A stretch of DNA of 64,000 bases from a virus: positions 9,365 to 73,364 of the IMG/VR virus record IMGVR_UViG_3300028536_000015, one strand, 5' to 3'. Within the stretch, counting starts at the first letter, position 1. Each line of letters starts with the position of its first letter. Position numbers and translations under genes: made by a program. This document shows positions 35,709 through 45,464 of this stretch, one piece after another. Under the pieces are notes generated by a model that saw only the letters and a list, made by a program, of their open reading frames with translations, did not search any database and had not been told where the DNA came from.

Positions 35709-37532
35709 TTAGATGCTACTTCCTTCCGACCTTTCACGGTCGAAAGCCGTCATAAGGCCAATAACCCTTCGTAAGACTGCGGTATCGACCTTCTTGTTTT
35801 CGGACTTTGCCAACGTCTGGCTCAGCCTGATGGCGTTCTTGATCTGGCGACCATTGATGTCGAGCGGGATAAGCTGGGCAACGTCGATGCCCGTGATGCC
35901 CGCGCTCTCCAACAGGTTATTCCAGATTTTCTCTCGCTTGTCATCCGCACCCTTCGTAAAGTGCAGCGCCACCGAAATACGCGAATAGAACGCAGTGTCG
36001 ATGTTCTTGACGCGGTTGGTGGTCAGGAACAAAACACCATGATGGTATTCGAGTAGTCTGAGGAACACACCGACCATGGCATTGCGCGTGATATCGTGCT
36101 CGTCCCTGGCCTCCAGGTAAATATCCGCCTCATCGAGGAGGATCACCGCGTTCCATACCGTAGCAACGTCTAGGATGACCCGTAGGCGCTCTTCGAGCTG
36201 GTCGGGCGTCACCCCTAGCTCTCCGACCGAAATCGCATACAGGGGCCTCTTAAGCAGTTCTGCGATGGTCTCAGCCGTCAGGGTCTTGCCTTGGCCGGGC
36301 GGACCATGCAGCAGGAAGATGCAACCGCCGCCCTTGCCCTCGATCAGGTCCGAGAAGGAACCGTCGTTGTGTTCGACCAGCGCCCGCACCAGCTTCTTCT
36401 CGTCGTCGGCCAGCACCAGCTTATCAAAACTATCTGACCGCCATGCGATTTCCGACAATCCCTTGATCGCCATCCGGCCCCAGCGCTTGGCTCTGAAACT
36501 AAAACCATAGACATAAGGGAAGGTTCTCCAGAGATCGTTTTCCGTGGGCGTATAGGCGACAACCTTGTGAACCGCGTTATCCCCGTCACGAACGCCAGCC
36601 AAATGGGTACTTCGCATTTCGCTGGTGAACTGATCGTTATCCACGCGCTTGAACGAATGAACGTCGATCATCACGCGGCCATCTGCGCGGAACGTCTCGT
36701 TGCTCCACCAGCTAGAACGCGTGAGCTGTCCAGTGTACGAAAGATACGTCGCACCTTTCGCGCACTTGACGTAGAGCTTGCCGTATTCCGAAAGCTTTTT
36801 CTTCACTTCCGGCGTGACTGTCTTGATGTGAAGGTCCTCGATCTTTTTGAGACCTTCGTAGGAGCCCAGCGACGCAACATATTTTCCGGGAACCAAATCA
36901 CCCTGCACCGCGTGGATGATATCCATGGTGACGGCCAGAAACTGACTGCCAAACCAAGTCGATTGGACGCCGGCATTTGAAACAACCCCGGCAATGGTGT
37001 TGCCGTCGTCGTCGCTGAAGTAGACTTCCTTGCCGGTCGAAAAGTAAAACGGCAGATCGTCAAAAGCAACGGCGCCTTGGAGAACCTGACGTGCGACCGC
37101 TTCTTCGATATCCTTGATCCTGGTTTCCAGGACTTTCAGGATCATCGCGATCTCTGCCGACTGGTTTTCGATGCCAATCGGATCACCCTCGTCATCCGTG
37201 GGCCCCCAGTGATAACCATATTGGGAAAGTCCGGGAACCCACTTGTTCTTGGTCCGAGCCAATTCACCCAACGGAAACACGCTGTTCATGCGGCTCATGC
37301 GGGCATGACCGAAAACATCCTGAAGCTGGCGAGTAAACGCTGCGTTGAAGTGCTTATTGGGAGAACGCGAGAAGTCCAGGAACTCCTCACCAAACTTATC
37401 TCGCTCGAAAGAGAAAAAATCGGCGAGGTTATTTTTCGCGAGCAGTTCCTTGACGCCCTTGGGGGTCAGAAGCTGGTCGGTCTTGACCGCCTCGCTGAGA
37501 TAAGCGGCGGCGGTGGTTTCTTTTGGTGTCAT
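35709..37532 (-). CDS. AAA+ ATPase with long N-terminal region, resembling a fungal AAA family
   Basis: GKGGGCIFLLHGPPGQGKTLTAE, WNAVILLDEAD, FLRLLEY, LFLTTNR, DTAFYSRI. Confidence 0.85.
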   Translation of the reverse strand: MTPKETTAAAYLSEAVKTDQLLTPKGVKELLAKNNLADFFSFERDKFGEEFLDFSRSPNKHFNAAFTRQLQDVFGHARMSRMNSVFPLGELARTKNKWVPGLSQYGYHWGPTDDEGDPIGIENQSAEIAMILKVLETRIKDIEEAVARQVLQGAVAFDDLPFYFSTGKEVYFSDDDGNTIAGVVSNAGVQSTWFGSQFLAVTMDIIHAVQGDLVPGKYVASLGSYEGLKKIEDLHIKTVTPEVKKKLSEYGKLYVKCAKGATYLSYTGQLTRSSWWSNETFRADGRVMIDVHSFKRVDNDQFTSEMRSTHLAGVRDGDNAVHKVVAYTPTENDLWRTFPYVYGFSFRAKRWGRMAIKGLSEIAWRSDSFDKLVLADDEKKLVRALVEHNDGSFSDLIEGKGGGCIFLLHGPPGQGKTLTAETIAELLKRPLYAISVGELGVTPDQLEERLRVILDVATVWNAVILLDEADIYLEARDEHDITRNAMVGVFLRLLEYHHGVLFLTTNRVKNIDTAFYSRISVALHFTKGADDKREKIWNNLLESAGITGIDVAQLIPLDINGRQIKNAIRLSQTLAKSENKKVDTAVLRRVIGLMTAFDRERSEGSSI

Positions 37533-37586
37533 GTTGTTTCCCTCTGGTTACTCAAGAGTACCCAAGTTGGGTCAGGCTTTGCGGCT

Positions 37587-37775
37587 TTACAAGTCCTCGA
37601 ATGGATTTTTTTCCAGCCTTTCCTCGATCCGCTTAACGATATCTCCCAATTGCTGCCATTCCCATTCGTCGGCAATATCGATGCCGGTGGATTTTTTGAA
37701 CGCGCGCTCATTGTCTACGATTTCGTCTAGCGTGGCTTTCGTAGAGCGCCGTATGAAATCTTTGTAGTCCGTCAT
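37587..37775 (-). CDS. Hypothetical protein
   Basis: ATGA-coupled to the helicase gene. Confidence 0.55.
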   Translation of the reverse strand: MTDYKDFIRRSTKATLDEIVDNERAFKKSTGIDIADEWEWQQLGDIVKRIEERLEKNPFEDL

Positions 37776-38617
37776 AGGATTTGGCCGCCTCCAACTTGTT
37801 CCCTGAAAACCCCAGTCTGCGGATCAACAAGAAAAATGCAGTGACCGAGATGTCCTGCTTGAGGCTGTTGGCGCACCTTCGCGCTGAATACTATAGTATC
37901 TAGAGGATTGCGTTTAACGATAAGTCCATTATCGCACTTATTGAACCAGTTCATAGAACCTTCGATATCCGCGAGTGTTACTTCGCGACCATTTGCGGCC
38001 TTTGTAGGGTGCGCAACCATAAACACCGTACATCCAGTAGTTTTAGCAAACATCTTCACGCGCATCAAGCAACGACCAATGTAATCCGTGAGAAGTTCGT
38101 CCTTTTGCTTTGCGCGTTCCAATTCATTCCAAGGATCGATCATCACAAAATCTATTTTATCTTTCTGCCAAGATGTATAAGCCCTCTCTAAAATCCATTC
38201 GATATCACGAGGATCATCATTGTAATGTTCGTAGTTAGATGATTGCACAAAACACATCTGGCTTGCGAATTTGCTGAATTCATTTTTGCTCGCAAACAAT
38301 CCTTCCATTTTTTCTACAATATTTATCTCATTCTCTGGAATATAAAGCCACGAACGTTTACCGCCATTCGCTGGATTAGTGCAGAGACGGATAAGCAGGT
38401 TATACAAGAACGTGCTCTTGCCGCTCCCGGCACTGCCAGTAACGACGACAAGTTGGGTTGGGTAGATTTTTAGAATTTTATCCATCTCATCCCAGCCTGT
38501 GGACATCGCATCCTTGAGGATGTTGGCTTGGTCAGGCAGATCGCTGAGCGCGTAATAGCCAGGGAGAGCATGGCGCGGAAACGGAACGGTAGTGCCAAAC
38601 GGGATGGTCGTGTTCAT
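37772..38617 (-). CDS. SF4 (DnaB/Twinkle-like) helicase domain protein
   Basis: TGSAGSGKS, IDPWNE, VAHPTK, DIEGS..WFNKCD motifs; no primase domain. Confidence 0.85.
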   Translation of the reverse strand: MNTTIPFGTTVPFPRHALPGYYALSDLPDQANILKDAMSTGWDEMDKILKIYPTQLVVVTGSAGSGKSTFLYNLLIRLCTNPANGGKRSWLYIPENEINIVEKMEGLFASKNEFSKFASQMCFVQSSNYEHYNDDPRDIEWILERAYTSWQKDKIDFVMIDPWNELERAKQKDELLTDYIGRCLMRVKMFAKTTGCTVFMVAHPTKAANGREVTLADIEGSMNWFNKCDNGLIVKRNPLDTIVFSAKVRQQPQAGHLGHCIFLVDPQTGVFREQVGGGQIL

Positions 38618-39261
38618 GCGAGATGTTTCCTGACGTCATAGGAGGGGGGGGCAGTAGGGAGGCGGTAATCGGATGAGGGCTGGTCTTCCCAGCGCCGCTT
38701 GTTCAGCCATGTGGCCGGCAGTGGCACGTACTGGACCTCGTCGGAGAATGTGAATTTTTTAAGGCCGGTCACAATTGTTTCGAGCGGAACTTTTTCTTTC
38801 ATCGCCCTCGAAAAAGCTTTGAACGCATCGGGCTTGGCGGCCTTCCTGGGATACAGGTTCCAGAACGTTTCAAAATCTGTGGTATAATCTTTCTTACTTT
38901 CTTTCTTTCTTCCTATTACTCTCTTACTATATATATCCTCGTTTTTTGAGAACGTTACAGAAACGCCGTTTTCATGTGTTAAATCAACACTGTTCGTCAG
39001 AATGACGCTGTTTACGGATTTCGCGTTTTCATGTGTTAAATCAATGCCATTCGTCATTCTGACGTTTGAAGCGTCATTCTGACGTTTTACGCGGTGGTAA
39101 CGGCGCTGTCTTTCGCAATGCAGCATGCGACTGCGTTCCTCTTTCGCTTGCTCCTCGGCAAGACGCAAAAGTTCCATTTTCATGTCGTCGGGGGACAGTT
39201 TGGCAATACGAAATAGTTTATCCGAAATGCCCATGCGTTCAACGCATGCCTTGCGGAACAC
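38614..39261 (-). CDS. Replication initiator (lambda O-like)
   Basis: FETFWNLYPRK..K..AFKAF and PATWLNKRRWED; internal DNA repeats; precedes the helicase. Confidence 0.8.
   Translation of the reverse strand: MFRKACVERMGISDKLFRIAKLSPDDMKMELLRLAEEQAKEERSRMLHCERQRRYHRVKRQNDASNVRMTNGIDLTHENAKSVNSVILTNSVDLTHENGVSVTFSKNEDIYSKRVIGRKKESKKDYTTDFETFWNLYPRKAAKPDAFKAFSRAMKEKVPLETIVTGLKKFTFSDEVQYVPLPATWLNKRRWEDQPSSDYRLPTAPPSYDVRKHLA
38881..39084. repeat. Putative replication origin (iterons plus AT-rich tract)
   Basis: CGTTTTCATGTGTTAAATCAA twice (38967, 39024); CGTCATTCTGACG at 39052 and 39072 and inverted at 38995; AT-rich 38881-38940. Confidence 0.65.
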
Positions 39262-39401
39262 AAGCAGATGCTATATGTTGGGATTTGGTCATTGGCGCAG
39301 GTCCTCAGAAGTTGCGACTGTGGCTTTTAGGCCCCGGTGTGCGTTCCCTCTCGCACCGGGGCCGTTCTATTCTGCATAGCTGCTATGCGCTGTCAATGCC
39401 A

Positions 39402-39965
39402 CTAGCACTGGTAGCTCGAACCAGACCACTGCATAGCCATAGCTTCGGCTATGCCTTGATACGTTCGCGATCTAAATCGCCATCGATCCGGACCAGGGCT
39501 GGCAAAATGAACCTTTGGTTCCCTGCCGTCCACGATGTTCGTTGGAACTAAGTCGGGAAGATTTTTTAACCATAGGCAAGTAGCCTTGGTTTCTCCATGG
39601 CCATATTGCCAAGGTTGTATTATTTGATTCGGTTTCCTTATTCTCGAACTAATAATCGATATTGGATTTTCCAAGGCTATAAACTCGATTGGAGAGTCAA
39701 GCAGTTTTCTTACAAAATCAATGGCTTGATCTTGTTCGTCCCCTTTATTCTTGAACCAGCGCGCGCCTGATACGGCGAGATGTGTACAAGGAGGATGGGC
39801 AATCATCATATCCCATCCATGATTAAGATACTTAAGCACATCGTCTTGAATATGTGGTCCAACTCGCTCGCTTGGCAGTAGATCGCAGCTTACTGCTTCA
39901 TGCCCTTGTTTTATGAAGGCATCCCGCACTATTCCGCTGAATTCACAAGCAATTAGAATTTTCAT
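39402..39965 (-). CDS. Short phage DNA cytosine methyltransferase-like protein
   Basis: ACEFSG, HPPCT, ENP, KATCLW, RSRTYQGIAEAMA motifs. Confidence 0.8.
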   Translation of the reverse strand: MKILIACEFSGIVRDAFIKQGHEAVSCDLLPSERVGPHIQDDVLKYLNHGWDMMIAHPPCTHLAVSGARWFKNKGDEQDQAIDFVRKLLDSPIEFIALENPISIISSRIRKPNQIIQPWQYGHGETKATCLWLKNLPDLVPTNIVDGREPKVHFASPGPDRWRFRSRTYQGIAEAMAMQWSGSSYQC

Positions 39966-40329
39966 TCTTAGCAGCAGCTCTGATGGTTACCCGACAATCC
40001 ACATCTAGTTTTTCATCCCAGAGCATTAGAATCTTCCTGCAAAGCCGATCGTTCTCGATCAAGCCATGCGCCTGAAGAAGGTCTGGGATGGCTTTAAGGA
40101 AATTATCGAGATCGGCCGCTGGCTGGCGTGGCCTCAGCCTCACAATGAGGCTGTACGGGCCTGGGATGGCCCTCAGGAGGAGTTGCGGTCTCTGGCTGAT
40201 GATGTGCAGGCCGGCTTGCTTAATCCATCCTAGGTACACTGGAGAGCGATGGACGCGCCCCCAGTGAGATCGCCACATGCGGTTGACGCTTGGAGGTTGA
40301 GGCAGGGTCAGGGTGATGGAACTTTTCAT
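39943..40329 (-). CDS. rusA: RusA-like Holliday junction resolvase
   Basis: LPQPPSVN, DLDNFLKAIPDLL, IEND motifs. Confidence 0.85.
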   Translation of the reverse strand: MKSSITLTLPQPPSVNRMWRSHWGRVHRSPVYLGWIKQAGLHIISQRPQLLLRAIPGPYSLIVRLRPRQPAADLDNFLKAIPDLLQAHGLIENDRLCRKILMLWDEKLDVDCRVTIRAAAKNENSNCL

Positions 40330-40367
40330 GGGATTAACGACTTGTAACCAAGCAAGGAGTGAACGCC

Positions 40368-40613
40368 ATGGGATGCTTCACGCTAAGTTGGCTGGAGGCC
40401 ATGCTGATCTGGCTGATTATCGCCAGCGCCGTGGTTGCGATCCTCAGACTGCTCATTCCTTGGATCACCTCGATTACGTTTCCCATCGTAGGTCAGGTGC
40501 TGGAGATTATCCTCTGGGCTGTCCTGGCCATCATCGCGGTCTATATCATCTTTGCCCTCTTGAGCTGCCTGATCGGTATGGGAGGTGGCCTACACTTTCC
40601 CCCCATCCGATAG
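40368..40613 (+). CDS. Small membrane protein
   Basis: Two hydrophobic segments and AAGGAG RBS; isolated plus-strand gene. Confidence 0.65.
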   Translation: MGCFTLSWLEAMLIWLIIASAVVAILRLLIPWITSITFPIVGQVLEIILWAVLAIIAVYIIFALLSCLIGMGGGLHFPPIR

Positions 40614-40679
40614 TCAGGTCGATCCTTTACCGCCGTATCCTCCAGCGCCGCCAGATATTTGTAAATCGTGTTAAGCTTG

Positions 40680-41204
40680 TTAGCGCCTAACGCGATACTC
40701 CGCCGGGCGGTAATAGATTGCCGCATGCGCCGCACAAAAAGATTTATTAGGGCCTTCGACTGGGTTCCCGCAATATGTAGCAAGATTATAGCGGTTGCCG
40801 TCCTTAATAATCGCGTGGCACGTCTGGCTGGTCAGCTCGACAATCTGGATACCGGGATTGTCGGGATCAAGCATCCTGGTAGGGATATGCGTCGGAAGCT
40901 TGGTTTGACGCTGTTTACGCAAAACCAAGGGCGCAAGAGTGTGCGTGGCGGGAACAACAATCCGCTTGCGGGGCTGGCTCTGTCTTGCCTTTGGGGAATT
41001 ACCCCGAGGCGGTTGTTTGATGTTCATTCGGAATGCCTTACCGATAACTGCGTTCCGGGTAATAGCGTACCCTTCACTTCTTAGTCTGCATGCGATCTCT
41101 GTTGAGGTCTTTCCGTTTTCCCACATGTCAGTAAGAGTTTTTACGTTTTCGTCGTTCCATGGAGTAGTCCCATAAAATCTACCGCAGCCCTTTTTTAGCG
41201 CCAT
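40680..41204 (-). CDS. gcrA: GcrA-like cell-cycle regulator
   Basis: W.DENV..L..MW..G.T..EIA...TRNAVIGKAFR and C-terminal C...YCG...FCAAH. Confidence 0.85.
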   Translation of the reverse strand: MALKKGCGRFYGTTPWNDENVKTLTDMWENGKTSTEIACRLRSEGYAITRNAVIGKAFRMNIKQPPRGNSPKARQSQPRKRIVVPATHTLAPLVLRKQRQTKLPTHIPTRMLDPDNPGIQIVELTSQTCHAIIKDGNRYNLATYCGNPVEGPNKSFCAAHAAIYYRPAEYRVRR

Positions 41205-41402
41205 CTAACTTACCCAATCATTTGGTTGAACGGCGCCATCTGTGAACTCTCTGATCCTAGCTTGCATCGCCGGTCTCGGCGTTCTACCGTCTTTTTGGCC
41301 GCAGCGTAACCACTTCTTTACGGTGTGAGGAGAAACCTCAAGTTTCTTTGCTATCGCGAGGATATCAAAGCTTTTTTGATGCATCCATTGTCTCAAAAGC
41401 AC
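41205..41402 (-). CDS. Cro-like HTH protein
   Basis: IAKKLEVSPHTVKKW...P...I..FTDGAVQPNDW. Confidence 0.75.
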   Translation of the reverse strand: MLLRQWMHQKSFDILAIAKKLEVSPHTVKKWLRCGQKDGRTPRPAMQARIREFTDGAVQPNDWVS

Positions 41403-41429
41403 TGATGTTCTCCAAGGTTAAACCTTGCC

Positions 41430-41503
41430 TTATTAGTTAACAAACAAAAATTTCCATGTCAACCCAAAATGTGCTTGACTGTGTAAAACACAAATAGTAT
41501 CTT
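41430..41503. promoter_or_regulatory. Divergent promoter pair
   Basis: Plus: TTGACT-N17-TATCTT (41475-41503). Minus: TTGACA starting at 41462 with an AT-rich -10 region. Confidence 0.6.
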
Positions 41504-41533
41504 CTGGGTTGATCGAGGTTCCTTAGCAAAAGG

Positions 41534-41995
41534 ATGGAAATTGAAATGATGAGAAGTGTTAGGAAGATCGAGGGCCTTCCGATTGCAGATGCATCCAATC
41601 GCATTGTGATCGAAATCAGCCGTCAAGATATCTCATCTGGAATGAACAAAGACCCTTCGGCATGTGCCGCTGCTAAAGCCTGCTTACGGCAAATTCCCAA
41701 GTGTACTGCGGTCCGTGTTTATAAGAGCCGCACTTTCCTGAAGATGGGAAAAAGATGGCTGCGGTATCACACTCCACTTGGAATGCGGACCGAGATCGTT
41801 GCGTTTGATCGCGGTGCGAACTTTCTCCCAGGTGTTTATGTTTTGACGCCATTACAGCCATCGCATAAAGCGACGGGAAAGTCGCTTAGCAAAACTCCAG
41901 CACCACCCAAAAAGAAGAAACCTGACGGCGGCAAAGGCAAGAAACGCAGACCGTATCACGTCATCGAGGGCGTGAGGGAATTCAACAAAGGATAA
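41534..41995 (+). CDS. Hypothetical basic protein
   Basis: First ORF after the promoter. Confidence 0.65.
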   Translation: MEIEMMRSVRKIEGLPIADASNRIVIEISRQDISSGMNKDPSACAAAKACLRQIPKCTAVRVYKSRTFLKMGKRWLRYHTPLGMRTEIVAFDRGANFLPGVYVLTPLQPSHKATGKSLSKTPAPPKKKKPDGGKGKKRRPYHVIEGVREFNKG

Positions 41996-42026
41996 CTAAT
42001 CTATCCTAAATACAGAGGGAAATCAC

Positions 42027-43184
42027 ATGGCAAAGACAGAGCGAGAAATCATCGCTGTCCGTCTTCAGAATGCTGCGCTTGACGACAAAGACAAGGATAC
42101 GATCGTCGCGCACGGCTGGCTTGATCTATCTGCCCTGCTTGAATTGAGGGTAGGAGACTATCAGCGAGAAGTCCTTGAGACCCACAAGTCCAAGAAGTCC
42201 AAACTATACACGGCGATCGAAAACGGCGAACGCATTCCCGATATCACATTGGGTATGCGCGGTCAGCGTTTTACAACGCGCGCCGGAACCTTCTATCTGG
42301 AGGATGATGTTTACATCATCGATGGCCTCCAGCGTGTCAGCAATCTTCGTAAGTTTGCCGTTCAGTATCCTGACCGGATAGATGAAATCAGGATCGGCGC
42401 GGAAGTGCGTTTTAATACCAATCGTGAAAGCGAAAAAGCGCTGTTCACGGCGATGAACCTGAACCGTACTGCCATGTCACCCAATGTGATCTTGCGCAAT
42501 GCGCGCGAGGAGAGCAATGGGTTGCTGACGCTTTACGGTCTCTCACATAACGATCCCAGCTTCGTGCTGTATAATCGTGTTTGCTGGAACCAAAAGATGA
42601 GCCGCAACGAACTATTGACGGCGCTGAATTACTGTAAGTCGGCCATCGCTCTACACCGCATCATGGTGTCGGGCCCGACCACTTCCGTCTCTCTTGTGCC
42701 TCCGCAGCTTCAGCGCTTGGGCGACGATCTGGGTATTCAGGCCATGCGCGAAAACGTCTATCGCTTTTTCGAAGTGATCGATGAAATATGGGGCATCAAG
42801 GGCGTCAAATACGTGGACATCAACACCCATCTGCGAAGCAACTTCCTGAATATCTTGGCGCGGCTGTTTGCCTCACATGAGAATTTCTGGGATGATAAGA
42901 AATTGATCGTTGATGCGCGGTGTCGGCAGAAGCTGAAGTCGTTTCCGCTCGATGATCCGCAAGTCCAGAAGCTGTCTGGCGCCGGTAATGCGGCTTCTGA
43001 TCTGCTCTATCGGTTGCTGCTGGATCACATGGATAAAGGCCAGAAAATCAATCGGCTTATCCCGCGCGAAATCCCTGATCTCCGTAGAGGACCTTATGCT
43101 AAAAAAGCTCAGGCCCGACGCCGGGAAACCATGCTGAAGCAAAAAGCAAAAGAGGTAGAGAATGCTTCGAGGAGGAAAAAGTGA
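42027..43184 (+). CDS. ParB/DndB-like (DGQHR-type) domain protein
   Basis: YQRE, IIDGLQRV, E..LF..MN motifs. Confidence 0.6.
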   Translation: MAKTEREIIAVRLQNAALDDKDKDTIVAHGWLDLSALLELRVGDYQREVLETHKSKKSKLYTAIENGERIPDITLGMRGQRFTTRAGTFYLEDDVYIIDGLQRVSNLRKFAVQYPDRIDEIRIGAEVRFNTNRESEKALFTAMNLNRTAMSPNVILRNAREESNGLLTLYGLSHNDPSFVLYNRVCWNQKMSRNELLTALNYCKSAIALHRIMVSGPTTSVSLVPPQLQRLGDDLGIQAMRENVYRFFEVIDEIWGIKGVKYVDINTHLRSNFLNILARLFASHENFWDDKKLIVDARCRQKLKSFPLDDPQVQKLSGAGNAASDLLYRLLLDHMDKGQKINRLIPREIPDLRRGPYAKKAQARRRETMLKQKAKEVENASRRKK

Positions 43185-43657
43185 AGAATATCTTCTCGAA
43201 TCTTTACGCACTTGATGACAAGTGCGTAAAGATGGTGAATGACGCGTATCTATGGGCGCTAGATTGGACCGGTATCTATGTCGGGACGATCCTACTCATC
43301 AATTGCGCGCCGGGCTTTGCGTTCTTATGGTATAAGTTGCCGGCATGGATGAGCCTGTTCTTTCTTACCTGTGTATTGATCATGGCTTGCCAGATGTACT
43401 GGCTGCAAAATTCTGGTAATAAAATCCAGTTCAATGCTTATGCCGAGATGGTGAGGGGCGCCATGTATAGATGGTGCTTTCTTGGCCTTAATATCGGCTC
43501 ATTGATGGCTGATATCTTTCTCAATCATCTAACGCTGTTGCAGGTGTTGGGGGATATTGATGCTATCTTGTTCTGGTACATCATCTGTATCAAGATCAGA
43601 GACCGCGAAAAGAAGAAGTTCCTCCTGCCAAAGATGGCCTATGGCATTAACACCTGA
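43181..43657 (+). CDS. Multi-pass membrane protein
   Basis: About four hydrophobic segments; coupled. Confidence 0.6.
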   Translation: MKNIFSNLYALDDKCVKMVNDAYLWALDWTGIYVGTILLINCAPGFAFLWYKLPAWMSLFFLTCVLIMACQMYWLQNSGNKIQFNAYAEMVRGAMYRWCFLGLNIGSLMADIFLNHLTLLQVLGDIDAILFWYIICIKIRDREKKKFLLPKMAYGINT

Positions 43658-44444
43658 GCAAGTAAAAGCGAGAGCTGGGAAACTAACCGCGTCCCGCGTC
43701 GGAGCGCTAGTCAGTGGCGATAAAGAAAAGGTTCTTGATGTTTGGAAAGAGCTTGTTGGCGACCCTAGTTGGATAGAGCCTGATTTTTCGGATAATTGGC
43801 CAGTCCAACTCGGGGAGGCTACTGAAGCTCTCAATTTGAGATGGTACTCGAAGAGGACCGGCAACATCTTGACTAGACAAGGCGATGTCGTGATACACCC
43901 TGATTATGATTGGGCAGCGGCGACCTTGGACGGTTATGATGCCGTTCTCGCGTGTCCCGTTGAAACCAAATGCGTTGGCGGGTGGGAAAAAACTGAGACG
44001 GTTATCCAGAGATATATGCCTCAGCTTCAATGGCAATGTGAGGTGACTCAGTCGAAGAAGTGCGCGATCTCCATCATCGCGGGCTCTGCCGAGCCCTATA
44101 TCGAGTACATCAAATACGACAAAGATTACGCCGACGAACTGATGGCGCGCGCGCACCGGTTCATGAATCATGTCTGGATGATGGCGCCGCCCGTTGTTAT
44201 CGAGAAGGCTGTTCCTGTATATGTTGCGCACGATAAAATGCGGGAAATAAATGCCTATGGCAACAATACGTTTGCCGCAATGGCGTCACAATATATCGAC
44301 AATAAGAAGAACGCAGCGGACTTCAAAGAAGCTGAGACAAAACTAAAAGAACTGATGCCGCCAGATGCCAAGCGAATGTTTGGCTACTTTCTCCAATTGA
44401 AGCGAGCCAAAAATGGAACCATCCGTATTAGCGCCTTGGATTGA
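43641..44444 (+). CDS. YqaJ/lambda-exonuclease-family nuclease
   Basis: R.GKLTAS, G...E, ATLDG, VETKC, YMPQLQWQ motifs. Confidence 0.9.
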   Translation: MALTPEQVKARAGKLTASRVGALVSGDKEKVLDVWKELVGDPSWIEPDFSDNWPVQLGEATEALNLRWYSKRTGNILTRQGDVVIHPDYDWAAATLDGYDAVLACPVETKCVGGWEKTETVIQRYMPQLQWQCEVTQSKKCAISIIAGSAEPYIEYIKYDKDYADELMARAHRFMNHVWMMAPPVVIEKAVPVYVAHDKMREINAYGNNTFAAMASQYIDNKKNAADFKEAETKLKELMPPDAKRMFGYFLQLKRAKNGTIRISALD

Positions 44445-45159
44445 TACTACCCGTTCTGAAAACATTGATGCGTTGGTAGATGCGCTATCTAAGGCTCAAG
44501 CCAAGATCACCGCGCCAGATCGCAATCGCTCGGTTCACGTAGATATGAAAGGTGGCGGGACTTACGATTTCTCGTATGCTACGCTTTCTCATATCATCGA
44601 AAAGATACGTGGTCCGCTGACCGAGAATGGTCTGTGGTTTACACAAATCATGAAAGAGGACCAGGGGACATACATCCTGGATACGCGCCTGATGCATTCA
44701 AGTGGCCAATGGATCGCTTGTCAGATGCCATTGATCTGGGATGGCATGGGCGGCAATCAGAAATTCGGTTCGGCGCTGACATTCATGCGGCGCTATGCCC
44801 TGACAAGCCTCTTGGGGATCGCAGCCGAAGAAGATGACGACGCTAATGCGGCTGACGGCAACCAGATGACCGACCGTAAGCCGAACGCGCCTAAGCCTGA
44901 TGTGATGAGCGACGCCGCTACCACCCAGCCGAAGAAACTAACGGTGCCGGTCCCACTCCATCCCCTGTCGGGAGATTGGGCACTCTTTGGTCGCGCTCTT
45001 ATTACCTACGTGAAGGATTCCAAAGACTATAAGGAGGCCGAACAGTGGATTTCTCATAATCAGGAAATCATGGATACCATGAAGACTGCGGCACCCAAGA
45101 TGTGGACCAACCTGACTACCTCGCTGACCAAAGTCATGGATGACAAAGGAGCGCAATAA
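44413..45159 (+). CDS. erf: ERF-family ssDNA annealing protein
   Basis: ALSKAQ, YATL, HSSGQW, GSALTFMRRYAL...EDDDAN. Confidence 0.9.
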   Translation: MEPSVLAPWIDTTRSENIDALVDALSKAQAKITAPDRNRSVHVDMKGGGTYDFSYATLSHIIEKIRGPLTENGLWFTQIMKEDQGTYILDTRLMHSSGQWIACQMPLIWDGMGGNQKFGSALTFMRRYALTSLLGIAAEEDDDANAADGNQMTDRKPNAPKPDVMSDAATTQPKKLTVPVPLHPLSGDWALFGRALITYVKDSKDYKEAEQWISHNQEIMDTMKTAAPKMWTNLTTSLTKVMDDKGAQ

Positions 45160-45464
45160 TGCCTGGGCCGTATCGAATTAGTGGCGCGATCTTTCCTAAA
45201 GAGATACCCAATGGTCCTGCGTTCGGTGGAACGATCGAGATCGAGGGCGTGAAATATAACATCTCACTCTGGGAGAAGACATCCAAAGCCGGTAACAGCT
45301 ATCTACAAATATCGGAAGACAAACGAGCGGGTAATCTCCAAGGTAGCAGCGTCGGAACTAGTTCGGTGGCTAACAAGTTCAGGCGTCCTGCGGTAACGCC
45401 AGCACCAAGCCCCATAAACGACTTGGACGACGAAGATATTCCGTTCGCCCCAGAGTTTAGATGA
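45159..45464 (+). CDS. Putative single-stranded DNA-binding protein
   Basis: Beta-rich core and acidic DDEDIPF tail. Confidence 0.7.
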   Translation: MPGPYRISGAIFPKEIPNGPAFGGTIEIEGVKYNISLWEKTSKAGNSYLQISEDKRAGNLQGSSVGTSSVANKFRRPAVTPAPSPINDLDDEDIPFAPEFR

